Below are positions 43,327-52,535 of a DNA stretch of 52,535 nucleotides, in pieces. Position numbers and translations under genes: made by a program. The notes under the pieces were generated by a model that saw nothing but the letters and a program-made list of their open reading frames with translations, searched no databases and had not been told where the DNA came from. How positions within the stretch are numbered: position 1 is the first letter of the stretch; every line of letters starts with the position of its first letter. The DNA lies in the NCBI GenBank assembly GCA_964016885.1, contig CAXHJY010000242.1, forward strand, positions 1 to 52,535, read 5' to 3'. The stretch comes from Eledone cirrhosa (lineage: Eukaryota).

Positions 43327-43940
43327 ATGGTGGTGGCTGCCAACTCGTTTTCGAGTACGGCCACTACTTTATATCCATGTAGGAGAACCCCTACCGGTGC
43401 GCTGAACGAGTGTGACTTTTTAGTCCAGCCAGCGACTTGACAACTCTGGTACAAACACTACACCTGTGACAATTATTGACACATAGTGCTGGGCCCATGG
43501 TACCATGTGACGACAAGTGCAGAGAGATCTCCAGATATAAAGCAATGCCTGTGCCGTGAAGCTTTTATAGTGAGCAAAGGCACTGCACAAAGCCAGTCCC
43601 ACTCTCTTAACCTAGATGATATTTACCAAAAAGAAGAACAAGTCAACATCATTGGATACCATCAGGGTTGCAGGTGTTATATCAGAGTTTTCCTTCTCCT
43701 AGAATTCTGCCTTGACAAAGGCTAAGGGGTCATCTCTCCCGGTGATTTTGGATGGCCATTGACTCTTCAGAGCTCCTTTGCCCTTTGACAGGTTTTGTTT
43801 TTAGTCCTGCAGGATGTCCAAAGTCACCCTCCTCACCAAGAAACCTTGGTGGGGTTGCCAGTTTAGTCGCCAACGACCCGACCATGAGACAGGTTGTACT
43901 GGGATACATGTTACCAGTAGCACCAACTGGTGACCTGACC
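43327..43940 (-). mobile_element. ~600-bp element, copy C (complete)
   Basis: Near-identical to copy B, with perfect (ACAT)n on both sides. Confidence 0.82.
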
Positions 43941-44041
43941 ATACATACATACATACATACATACATACATACATACATACATACATACATACATACATAC
44001 ATACATACATACATACATACATACATACATACATACATACA
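43941..44041. repeat. Perfect (ACAT)n
   Basis: Direct reading. Confidence 0.99.
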
Positions 44042-44640
44042 CAGAAAATGCACAGCAATACCGCAATGAATCCGTGGATGCTTATCAGCAAAACATCATG
44101 TATGGCTATGATGCCAGAAAGCGTCAAAGTGAGAGTGATATATGATACATAAGCAAAGTACTCTATCTTGGACCAACAACTGGTATATTGACCCTCACTC
44201 TGAAGGATATGCTTTTGTAATCCAAGAACAGAAGATAACAACGAGATACCTGATGCATAAAAGAGATAGGAATACAAATAAAGCAGCAAGATGTAACAAC
44301 AGATACAGATTCTGCGGAATAAATATCGAGCATCTCACTAACATTATAAGCAGTTGTTCAAAGAATTTATCACGGTACTATCCACCTATGAGATATGATG
44401 TAGTATCCAAAACACTGTACAAGGAAATCCGTAGAAAGGATAACACTGAGAATAAACATATAAAAGGTGACAGTGATGTGGATATATCATACATAATATG
44501 AAAGAGTCCTGGCAGAATGTTCCAGTCAAAACCCCAATAAAATACAAAAATTTACAGACCAAACGTAGTAATATGGGACAGATAAAAGAAGGCATGCACT
44601 ATAGTCAAGATGTCAATATAAGGGGGAAAAAATTGGTGAA
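44042..44640 (+). mobile_element. Decayed R4/Dong-like fragment (pre-endonuclease zinc-knuckle region)
   Basis: SEGYAFVIQEQKITTRYL...RFCGINIEHLTNIISSC...RYY..MRYDVVSKTLY (degenerate CCHC and RHD); starts at (ACAT)n. Confidence 0.72.
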
Positions 44641-44834
44641 AAGTAGAAATTTATGCTAACCCTGTAGCTTTTAAATACTAAACGACATGACCACGTTTAC
44701 ACAAAAGTAAATTTCGCTTTGCTTCGATATGATATTCATATCAACACTATATCGAGTTCTACCTAAATTGAGTAGAATATTAATGAGTATATATATATAT
44801 ATATATATATCGAAAAACTTCTGTTGGACTAGAA

Positions 44835-44965
44835 CCGTAGAATGAAGCAGTTCTAGTCCTGTAGAAGGTTTTCTATATAAAATAAAAATACTTATACTCA
44901 ACCAACGTATTGAATACCTTCTTTAACTGGGCTCACATCCCGATCTCCTTTGGAAATCTACTTAT
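44835..44965 (+). mobile_element. Third, decayed copy of the 7995/9275 HHR-element terminus
   Basis: GAATGAAGCAGTTCTAGTCCTGTAGAAGG...GTATTGAATACCTT is the reverse complement of the 9275-9390 segment; the core is incomplete. Confidence 0.65.
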
Positions 44966-45122
44966 TATATATATGTGTCTCTAATATAGTTAGGCATCTC
45001 AATGAATGGATAAACATCAAATCAGAGAAGAATTTAAACATATATAACTTAAGCCAAAATCTCGTTTGGGGAGAATATAAGCTAAACAAACTAAAATAAG
45101 TCAATTTCACTCATTTAAGATA

Positions 45123-45209
45123 CCCAACTGCAGTTTCTGGAATTAAGAAGCAATACCAATTATCTCAATTTGAAACATCCAATATTGGAAGAAATTCCGT
45201 CATCAGAGG
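45123..45209 (-). ncRNA. Type I hammerhead with large helix II insert
   Basis: Minus strand: CCT-CTGATGA-c-GGAATT-[~48 nt]-AATTCC-a-GAAA-CTGCAG-TT-GGG. Palindromic helix III ACTGCAGT; helix I is weak. Confidence 0.62.
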
Positions 45210-45445
45210 AAATTCTTTGAAAGGAGAAAAAATATTCAATAGTTAACATACCGACCATGTCTTTTGTTGAAACAGTTGGTACGTTGAACAACAAACGCGT
45301 CATTTAACTATTAAATGAACATACATACATCTCTTTGTATATCAGGACAATACGACAGCTCTGAAATGACGCTAGACATAGCACCCAAAAGCCCGTCTAA
45401 ATCAACCCAACAATCAAGGAATATCAAATATCAAACAGACAGTTA

Positions 45446-45583
45446 TTTATCTCTAATATACTTAGATATCTCAATGAAAAGATGAACATCAAATCAGAAA
45501 AGCATTTAAACTTATTTAACTTAATGTTTCTCTGATTTGATGCTTATCTTTTCGTTGAGATATCTAACTATATTAGAGATAAA
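45446..45583. repeat. Inverted repeat with ~60-bp arms; the left arm is also a direct repeat of ~44978-45052
   Basis: TTTATCTCTAATATA.TTAGATATCTCAA...TTGAGATATCTAA.TATATTAGAGATAAA. Confidence 0.85.
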
Positions 45584-45811
45584 GATACATTCTATTCTTT
45601 TTAAAAGCTTTATCTTTGATAAATGATTTCCGATGACTCTCTTCCTGACGAAGATAGACATCTCTGTCAGAATATCGTGTTGCTATTTCTTTCTGGGGGT
45701 AACCTGAAGCGACAAACACGCACACAAACAGGGGGATGCGTTGTGTCTTTGAGCAAGACACTTTATTCCATGTTGTTCCAGTTTACTCAGCTGTAAAAAT
45801 GAATTGCAGTG

Positions 45812-46520
45812 TCACTTGTCCCAATAGCTTATTTTAGTTATTGCTCGCACCAACCTGAGGTATCTGATTTTTAATGCGATGAAATACCAATGATGGTTGG
45901 CAAATCACTGATGAGGGACTAATTTTATAATATGTAACCCATGTGCAACCACGCAGTATTCCTCTTTCTTCCCATGTTTTTCATACATATTTACCTCGAC
46001 TGCGATTATCTGTTTCTCTCTTTCTCTCTTACTGCTCCCCCGTTCTCTCTGTTTCTCTCACCTTCTTTCGCCCCCTCTGTCAGTTACTCTTTCTCTCGAC
46101 TGACCTCTTCCTCGCACTTCCATTCACTCACTCTCTGTTTCTCCCCTTCTCACTTCTTCCCGTTCGTTAGTAGTGGGGTTCTTTCTTTCTCACATCTCAT
46201 TCACAGCGAACGGTCTGTTTTCTGACCGCTCATGAAATTCACCCAGATTATGCTGACCGGATAACCATCATGTTGCTTGCTGTTTTCCTACCTTCGGTTT
46301 GCTTTTCCTTCTATGTTGTTTACTTGTCTCACTCGCTTTACGCGATTCACTTGTCCCAATAGCTTATTTTAGTTATTGCTCGCACCAACCTGAGGTATCT
46401 GATTTTTAATGCGATGAAATACCAATGATGGTTGGCAAATCACTGATGAGGGACTAATTTTATAATATGTAACCCATGTGCAACCACGCAGTATTCCTAT
46501 TTCTTCCCATGTTTTTCATA
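45812..46520 (+). repeat. 174-bp direct repeat (45812-45985, 46347-46520), period 535 bp, ending in (TA)n
   Basis: TCACTTGTCCCAATAGC...CCCATGTTTTTCATA is nearly identical in both copies. Confidence 0.93.
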
Positions 46521-46569
46521 TATATATATATATATATATATATTTTTATATATATATATATAAGTTAAC

Positions 46570-46872
46570 AAATATGCTGACAAACAGGAACGACTCCTTG
46601 CAATGGTGAAGAGTCTGCCTGGTATAGTCAATATATCCTGCCCGACTTCTTATCCAAAAGCATCCTTCAAGGCACAGTCGAGGGAGGACGAGGAAGAAAC
46701 AATCAGAAAATCCTGGTCTAACAACATAAAAAACTGGACTGGTCACAACACCGAGACCCTTCTACGCATGACAGTGAATAGAGACCAATGGCGACGGCTG
46801 ACTGTAAAAGCATCTACTCTAGCACCCCATTGACTGGCTGCACCAGTTGCCGGAACATGATGAGAATGAGTG
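46570..46872 (+). mobile_element. 3' end of an RTE-clade LINE
   Basis: SILQGTVEGGR..KSWSNNIKNWTG..L.R...NRDQWR; (ATG)-like tail. Confidence 0.78.
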
Positions 46873-47079
46873 TCTTTCTTCTTTGTCTGCCCGTTGGACT
46901 ACAGTCATATTATTCTCTTCCATTTTATTTATTTCTCTCCTTTCTCTATTTTTCTCCTTTGACTAAGCCCTTGTGCATTCTATATTTGTATAATATGCCT
47001 CAAGTCATAATTTGTCTCTACCTGTTTTGTGATGTCCTAATGTGCACTGTAATCAACGGTATAAACCTTAAAAAACCGA

Positions 47080-48375
47080 AACCGTAGTGATTTCCAGAGG
47101 TTGACTGTTCAAAAGTCTGTCGAAGTGTTTGCACCACCTTACAAGAATGTCTTGTTCATCGCTAAGCAATTCTTTTCAGTCTTGAGTGCGAAGAGGTGCA
47201 AATGGATAGGATAACGGCCAATACAATCCCCGCAATCAAATTATACAATAACTTTGTATTGTTAGAATCAGAGGCTGGCTGAATGTTCTATGTTTTATTA
47301 CTCCACCACTTATCCCTCATGCTACAAAGCCTATGCTGCACGTTGCACTTCACCACATTGAGCAAGTTTTTATTCTTACTCATTTCTGGTCCACCACTTT
47401 CGTTAGCACTGTGTTTCTTTCATTTAATAGCGTATGAACTGCTGTATTTTCATTAAACCAGTCTTGATGCTTTCTTTCGACTAAACCCAGAGCATCCCTG
47501 CAGACTTCATACACAGATGTTTCCCATGAATAATCACATTGAATGTCATCCATTCTCTTTATTAGTTCTTTCTTAATGGTTACATTTTAGATAAGCCACA
47601 TTTACTTTCTTTAGTGTGGTCACACCATGGACCCTAATCTTCGCTTTCACAGCAAACTTCACCTTTACACGAACCAGACGATAATCAGTCCAACATTCAA
47701 CTCTCTGCATAGCCCAGACACTGCATACATCACGAAAAACATTCCTACGAACAAGAACACATCAATCATGTGCTACTGTTTTGAGTCTGGATGCATCCAG
47801 GCTGCTTTGTATTTATTTTTCTACTAAAACAGGGTGTTTCCTATGCACAGATCCAACTCCTGACACATTTGTAACAACAGCAAACCATTGCTATTGCACC
47901 TTCCGACTCCATGTTTTCCGAGGAGATCCCAGTTTTTATAATCCTTGCCAACTCTAGCAATGAAGTCACCCAGAATGACAACTTTGTCAGCCTGAGTAAT
48001 CGTGCGACCAAGTTCCTTCAGTGAGAGCTAAAAAGACAGTTTCACGACTTCAGAGGAACTCATGGTTGGAAAGTATACACACACTAGGGTTACAAACATG
48101 TTCTTTGATAATGGACTTCATATTGTTATGAGGTGATCAGTTAACCACATGGACGTTGTTCCAGCTTAGAAACTAGACACTTCTTAACAGCAAATGCTAC
48201 GCCAGCCTCCCTGTAACCACTGGACGGTCCCATGAAATGGCCTTATTCAGAGAGTCTCGTTTCTGGCAAGGCCATTACGTCCACGCTGTATCGCTGCAGC
48301 TCTTTAGCTACCAATGCTGATCTTCTTTTGGGATGTGTTGTAGAAGACTGAGAATCTACTAAGGTGCGAATCTAC
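47080..48375 (-). mobile_element. Decayed RTE-clade LINE, APE endonuclease region
   Basis: Minus strand: IRTLVD...RRSALVAKELQRYSVDVMALPETRL, DKVVILGDFIARVG, WMHPDSK and TDYRLV. Confidence 0.8.
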
Positions 48376-48489
48376 TAAAGAAGCTAAATTTTCTGAATCT
48401 GCTGTGGACCTCTGATAAAGCCCTTTCATTTAGAGGGGAAGATCAACTCTAAGAACAATGTAGTCTGCAGGTCATAAAAACCTACTGAA

Positions 48490-48985
48490 GTGACTGTGAA
48501 ACCTCTCCACTTGGCTAAATGTATCATCTGGGCTCATTTCTGAGAAAAGGTTGATTGGCCCATTCTTCTTCGAAGAAAACGATGTCACTGCTACAGTCAC
48601 AACGGAACGCTATATGGAGGTCCTGGAAGACTACACAAAGGAGCTACAGACCATGTACTCATCTCTAATGAATAAGTTCTAGTTCCAACAGAATAAGCTC
48701 TCACACTTCCAATAAGTCGCGAAAATGGCTGAAAAATGACTTTAGAAATCGTGTGATCAGTTTGAATACTGCTTTTGAGTGGGCCCCACACAGCTCTGAT
48801 TTAATCCCCCAAGATTTCTTTTTTTTTGGGGGGGGGGGGGCTTTCTGAAAGATAGAGTATATGTCAACAAACCCAGAATCATCACTGAACTAAAGGAAAA
48901 CATTAGAGAGGAGATCAGAGCAATCCCTAGGTCTGTTCGTAGAAACGTTATGCTAAACTTCACAATGCGCCTCAAAAATGGCCTG
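48490..48985 (+). mobile_element. Decayed Tc1/mariner transposase fragment
   Basis: TVTTERYMEVL, WAPHSSDL.P.DFF and LKDRVYVNKPRIITELKENIREEI. Confidence 0.8.
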
Positions 48986-48999
48986 CTTACATCAGATCA

Positions 49000-49105
49000 T
49001 AATTGTTTCTACTTTAGGCACAAGGCCAGCAATTAACCAGTGCATTACTGGTACTTTATTTTATCAACCCCCGTAAGGATGAAAGGCAAAGTCAACCTCG
49101 GTGGT
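49000..49105 (-). mobile_element. SINE family 1, 3' part
   Basis: Matches the 36703 and 38646 copies. Confidence 0.8.
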
Positions 49106-49619
49106 ATCATCAGGTGTAAATTGCAAAGATTAAGTAATCGGTTATTGGATTATGGTAAGCAGGCCATGGAAATATGTATCGTCACCTTTACAACACTAAA
49201 GGAATATTTGAAATCTGGCCTCTTTTCTTTGAAGCTAAAATAAATGTTAAAATTTTCTATATGATTAGCGGATAAATGGCTATACAGATTTTAGACATCT
49301 ACTTGTCAGGATTCATTTCATCATTCTAAATGGGATGCAGGGAAACATGAATTACTTCATTGGCTATGAAAGTACCAAAAAACTGAAAATGAAGAAAATT
49401 GTTATGGGGCCTGCAAAGCTAACCCCCATTTTAGCTGGAAACATTTTAAAACAGTTGTTTTTAACTTAGTGTAAAATTGTTTATTTGGATAATGTTAATT
49501 CAAATGGGGATCACTTGGAATATGAGCAGCAACTTTGGACATGAACGAAGATAGTGAATTTTTGATATATTGTTTTTAATTTGTATTGGAGCTTCTACAT
49601 AGTGATATACATATACATA

Positions 49620-49787
49620 TACGTATTGTGTATTGAATAATATACATGATGTTTATCAAAAACATTTGGAGGCCTTTCGCTATGAATATTGAGGTTATAA
49701 CGATCGTCACAAACATAACATTCATAGTCAAAAGTCTTTAACCGTTTTTCATAAACATCCTGTATATCATTCAATATACAATACGTA
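49620..49787. mobile_element. Small hairpin MITE
   Basis: 44-bp inverted arms TACGTATTGT.TATTGAAT.ATATACA.GATGTTTAT.AAAAAC (4 mismatches), plus inner inverted repeats. Confidence 0.7.
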
Positions 49788-49864
49788 CATTTATTTTTTT
49801 TTATATTTTGAACTAAATATATTCGGAGTTAGAAACAGCAACCACATTTCTCAAATCACGCCCT

Positions 49865-50125
49865 TTAGGATTTAATGGTTAAAAAATTCGCTTTACCATC
49901 ATCAGGTCTCAGGTTCGATCCCATTGTGTGATCTCTTTGACAAGTTTCTTTACCATAGCATCGTGTCGATCCAAGCCATGTGAGTGAAATTGAGTAGACG
50001 TCGAATAGGTTGTGCCTGTAATTCAAAGGCCCAGTCTTGTCAAATACTGTGTCACACTGGTTCTGCTTGGGAATTATATTAAGGTTACTCACGTCACGTC
50101 TGTCGAATACTCAACCACGTTAACT
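49865..50125 (+). mobile_element. Decayed tRNA-derived SINE
   Basis: TAATGGTTAA (A box), GGTTCGATCCC (B box), TTTGACAAGT body. Confidence 0.65.
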
Positions 50126-50889
50126 CACATGCCGAACGTTAAATGCTAATTGTCAAAAGCGACCAAAGATCCATCTTTATCATGATTATATGATATATAA
50201 TCATGAGATATAATCAGTAGACAGGGCAGTGTGCATGACATTTAGCCTGGTCTCTGGTTGACGGAGATAGAGAGGTAGAAAAGAATGACTCCTGAATTAT
50301 TCTCATACATAGGACTAGATCTGAATACTTAAAACAGATCAATAAATATATGCTAGCTTAAGTATATTTTGATCAAATAGTTAGCTCATGTTCAATAAGT
50401 AGCTCATGTTCAATAGGTATAGGCTCATATTCATTTTGATCAGGATGTATTCATTTTGAATATGTGCTTGTTTAACTCCGGTGAGTTATTCCTACTCAAA
50501 ACGCATAGGTTGAGCGTTTCATTAACATTTTTAATACTATCTAACAACATAATGAGAAGCCGTTCCCCAAAACTGATTCTACTTTAGATTGAATTACTAA
50601 CAACGATTCCTTGTAGATTGTAAATATGAAACATATTTAAGAACAACAGTAAACAAAAGATTTTTTTTATAAACTACATCGTTAAGTGATGGTCATAACT
50701 AACCCATTATAATGTTCTTCTAATGGGAAAGTGCGACCTACTTCATCATAGGCGAATTGCACTTATGATATATATCATAACACATAAATTATCCTACTAT
50801 GTAACATATAATAGGTATTATAACACATACGTTACACAAAATTATAACGTATGATAGATATTATAACAAATGCACTTCACAGTATAGAA

Positions 50890-51112
50890 TGTGTATATGT
50901 GTGCTGCGTGTGTGTATGTGCATATGCATACATTTATGTGTGAGTATATAAATATAAATGCGCAAACACAGACCACACTTGCAAAAATACACACTCACAC
51001 ACATACATTCACCACAAACACACACATACATTCACACAAATACACACATACCTTCACACAAACACATACATACATTCACACAAACACACCATACACATGC
51101 ACTCACACACAG
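50890..51112. repeat. Degenerate (GT)n/(CA)n microsatellite
   Basis: Direct reading. Confidence 0.85.
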
Positions 51113-51575
51113 TGTAGTTTTTTCACCACCCCCTTTCTTCCTTTTATACACAGATACATTCACGCAGGCAGCAGACGTAAAGAGAGGGAGGAGTTGTATG
51201 AGGTAGTCAAACTACTCCCCCCTCTTTACGTGTTGTGACAGAATCGCAGAAATTTATATATAGATGATATATATCAGAATACATGCTATACCACAATATA
51301 ACATATATAATTTTAGCAGAAGATACATGTTATAATACATACCATATACATAGTATAACATGATATATGTTATAAAAAATACACTACATCACAGTATACT
51401 ATACAATATATATTTTAGCATATGATATATTATAAATCTTATACTACACCACGGTATTCTGTGATATATAAGATATACATTACACCACAGTAAAACATAT
51501 TATAAATATTACAACACATACACTATACCACATGATACATATGATATATGCTATATATGATATATATTATATAAG

Positions 51576-51788
51576 GGCGATGGATTGGCAGTATCGGTAG
51601 AGGTCGGACGCCAATGCTTTGCAGCATAGAGTTACGGCCCTTTCTGAGTTCAAATCCTGCCGAGGTTAATTTTGCCTTTCATCCTTACGGAGGTCGATAA
51701 AATAAAGTACCAGTCAATCAGCTGGGGTCGATTTAATCGACTTTCCCCTCTCCCCAAAATTGCTGGCCTTGTGCCTATATAAGAAACC
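51576..51788 (+). mobile_element. tRNA-derived SINE, family 1 (near-complete)
   Basis: A box TGGCAGTATCGG, B box GAGTTCAAATCC, body TTTGCCTTTCATCCTT..GGTCGATAAAATAAAGTACCAGT (resembles the MetaSINE-type central domain as I recall it), tail GGCCTTGTGCCTA. Confidence 0.85.
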
Positions 51789-51989
51789 ATATATGATATA
51801 TATTATAACATGTATATTAAAACACACTACACAGCAGTATAGTAATACATATACTACAACACGGTATAACATGACCATATATTATACTACTAACTGGCCC
51901 GTCGCTGGCTGGCGTCCGGTAGGTATACCTGCCCCCACTCAAGCTCACTGCAAAGATACCACACGACCCTCCCGTGTCACATTGTCCTT

Positions 51990-51992
<3 letters not shown>

Positions 51993-52031
<39 letters not shown>

Positions 52032-52495
52032 AACTAACACTTTAATTGTATCTCTCTCTGTCTAACGGCCTATCTCTCTCTTTCTCCCCTCCCTCTGTTT
52101 TTCTGTCTCTCTCTGTAGATGTGTGTGTGTAGTTTTCCTAATCTTTCTCTAAATCTCTCTCTTTCTTTCTCTCTTCTCTCTCCCCCCTCTCTCTCTCTTC
52201 CCCCTCTCTCTCTCTCTCTCTATGTGTATATATTGAAGGGAGATACGGAAACTAAAACAGTGTTGTCATATAGAGAGTGAAGCAGTTAAATTATAGAGAG
52301 GGGGGATGATCTTACATACATACATACATATAAAGTATAGATATGTGTGTGTGTGTGCGTGTGTGTGTGTGTGTTTGTGTATGTGTATGTGTGTTTGTGT
52401 ATGTGTGTATGTGAATGTGTGTGTCTGTGTGTTTTGTTTTGATGTTATCCGGCAATTGACGAAATCAGGTGTGAAAGTATGTGTATTTGTGTGTG

Positions 52496-52535
<40 letters not shown>
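51993..52535. repeat. (CT)n- and (GT)n-rich low-complexity region, possibly the body of a minus-strand Helitron ending near 51890
   Basis: Microsatellites are read directly; the Helitron reading rests only on a GC-rich hairpin-like stretch at 51890-51920. Confidence 0.6.

Noticed and set aside
45640-45675. CTGACGA-AGAT..ATCT as a hammerhead
   Set aside because: The GAAA half of the core is missing; at most it is a deleted remnant.
49370-49445. Minus-strand MFPAKMGVSFAGPITIFFIFSFL as first coding exon
   Set aside because: The donor is weak (GTACTT) and in phase 0, whereas phase 1 is needed.
51576-51665. tRNA genes at A/B-box motifs (also 37711)
   Set aside because: There is no complete cloverleaf, and the boxes are followed by repeated SINE bodies.

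Overview
Eukaryotic, very repeat-rich genomic DNA. The repeat inventory suggests a cephalopod such as Octopus (inference): kb-long (TA)n/(TACA)n microsatellites, RTE LINEs, tRNA-derived SINEs, Helitron- and mariner-type elements. Almost all long ORFs in the track are microsatellite artefacts or broken transposon ORFs. (1) Three small minus-strand exons (39931-39903, 36342-36264, 21869-21775), absent from the ORF track, splice in phase into the N-terminal part of a CAP/SCP (CRISP, venom-allergen, Tex31-like) protein, so much of the window is intron. (2) A near-perfect ~311-bp tandem array at 1-841 carries one intact type I hammerhead ribozyme (HHR) per unit in a highly structured monomer, the architecture of a non-LTR retrozyme. 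Four more intact-core and several decayed HHRs are dispersed through the window, mostly near (TA)n tracts, and two have unusually large helix II inserts. (3) A ~600-bp non-coding element is present in six copies or fragments, embedded in microsatellites, and shows covarying RNA structure at one end. (4) A full-length L1/Tx1-type LINE and R4/Dong-type fragments are inserted into (TAA)n/(TACA)n tracts. All calls were made by eye; no database search or folding computation was run, and the boundaries of decayed elements are approximate.
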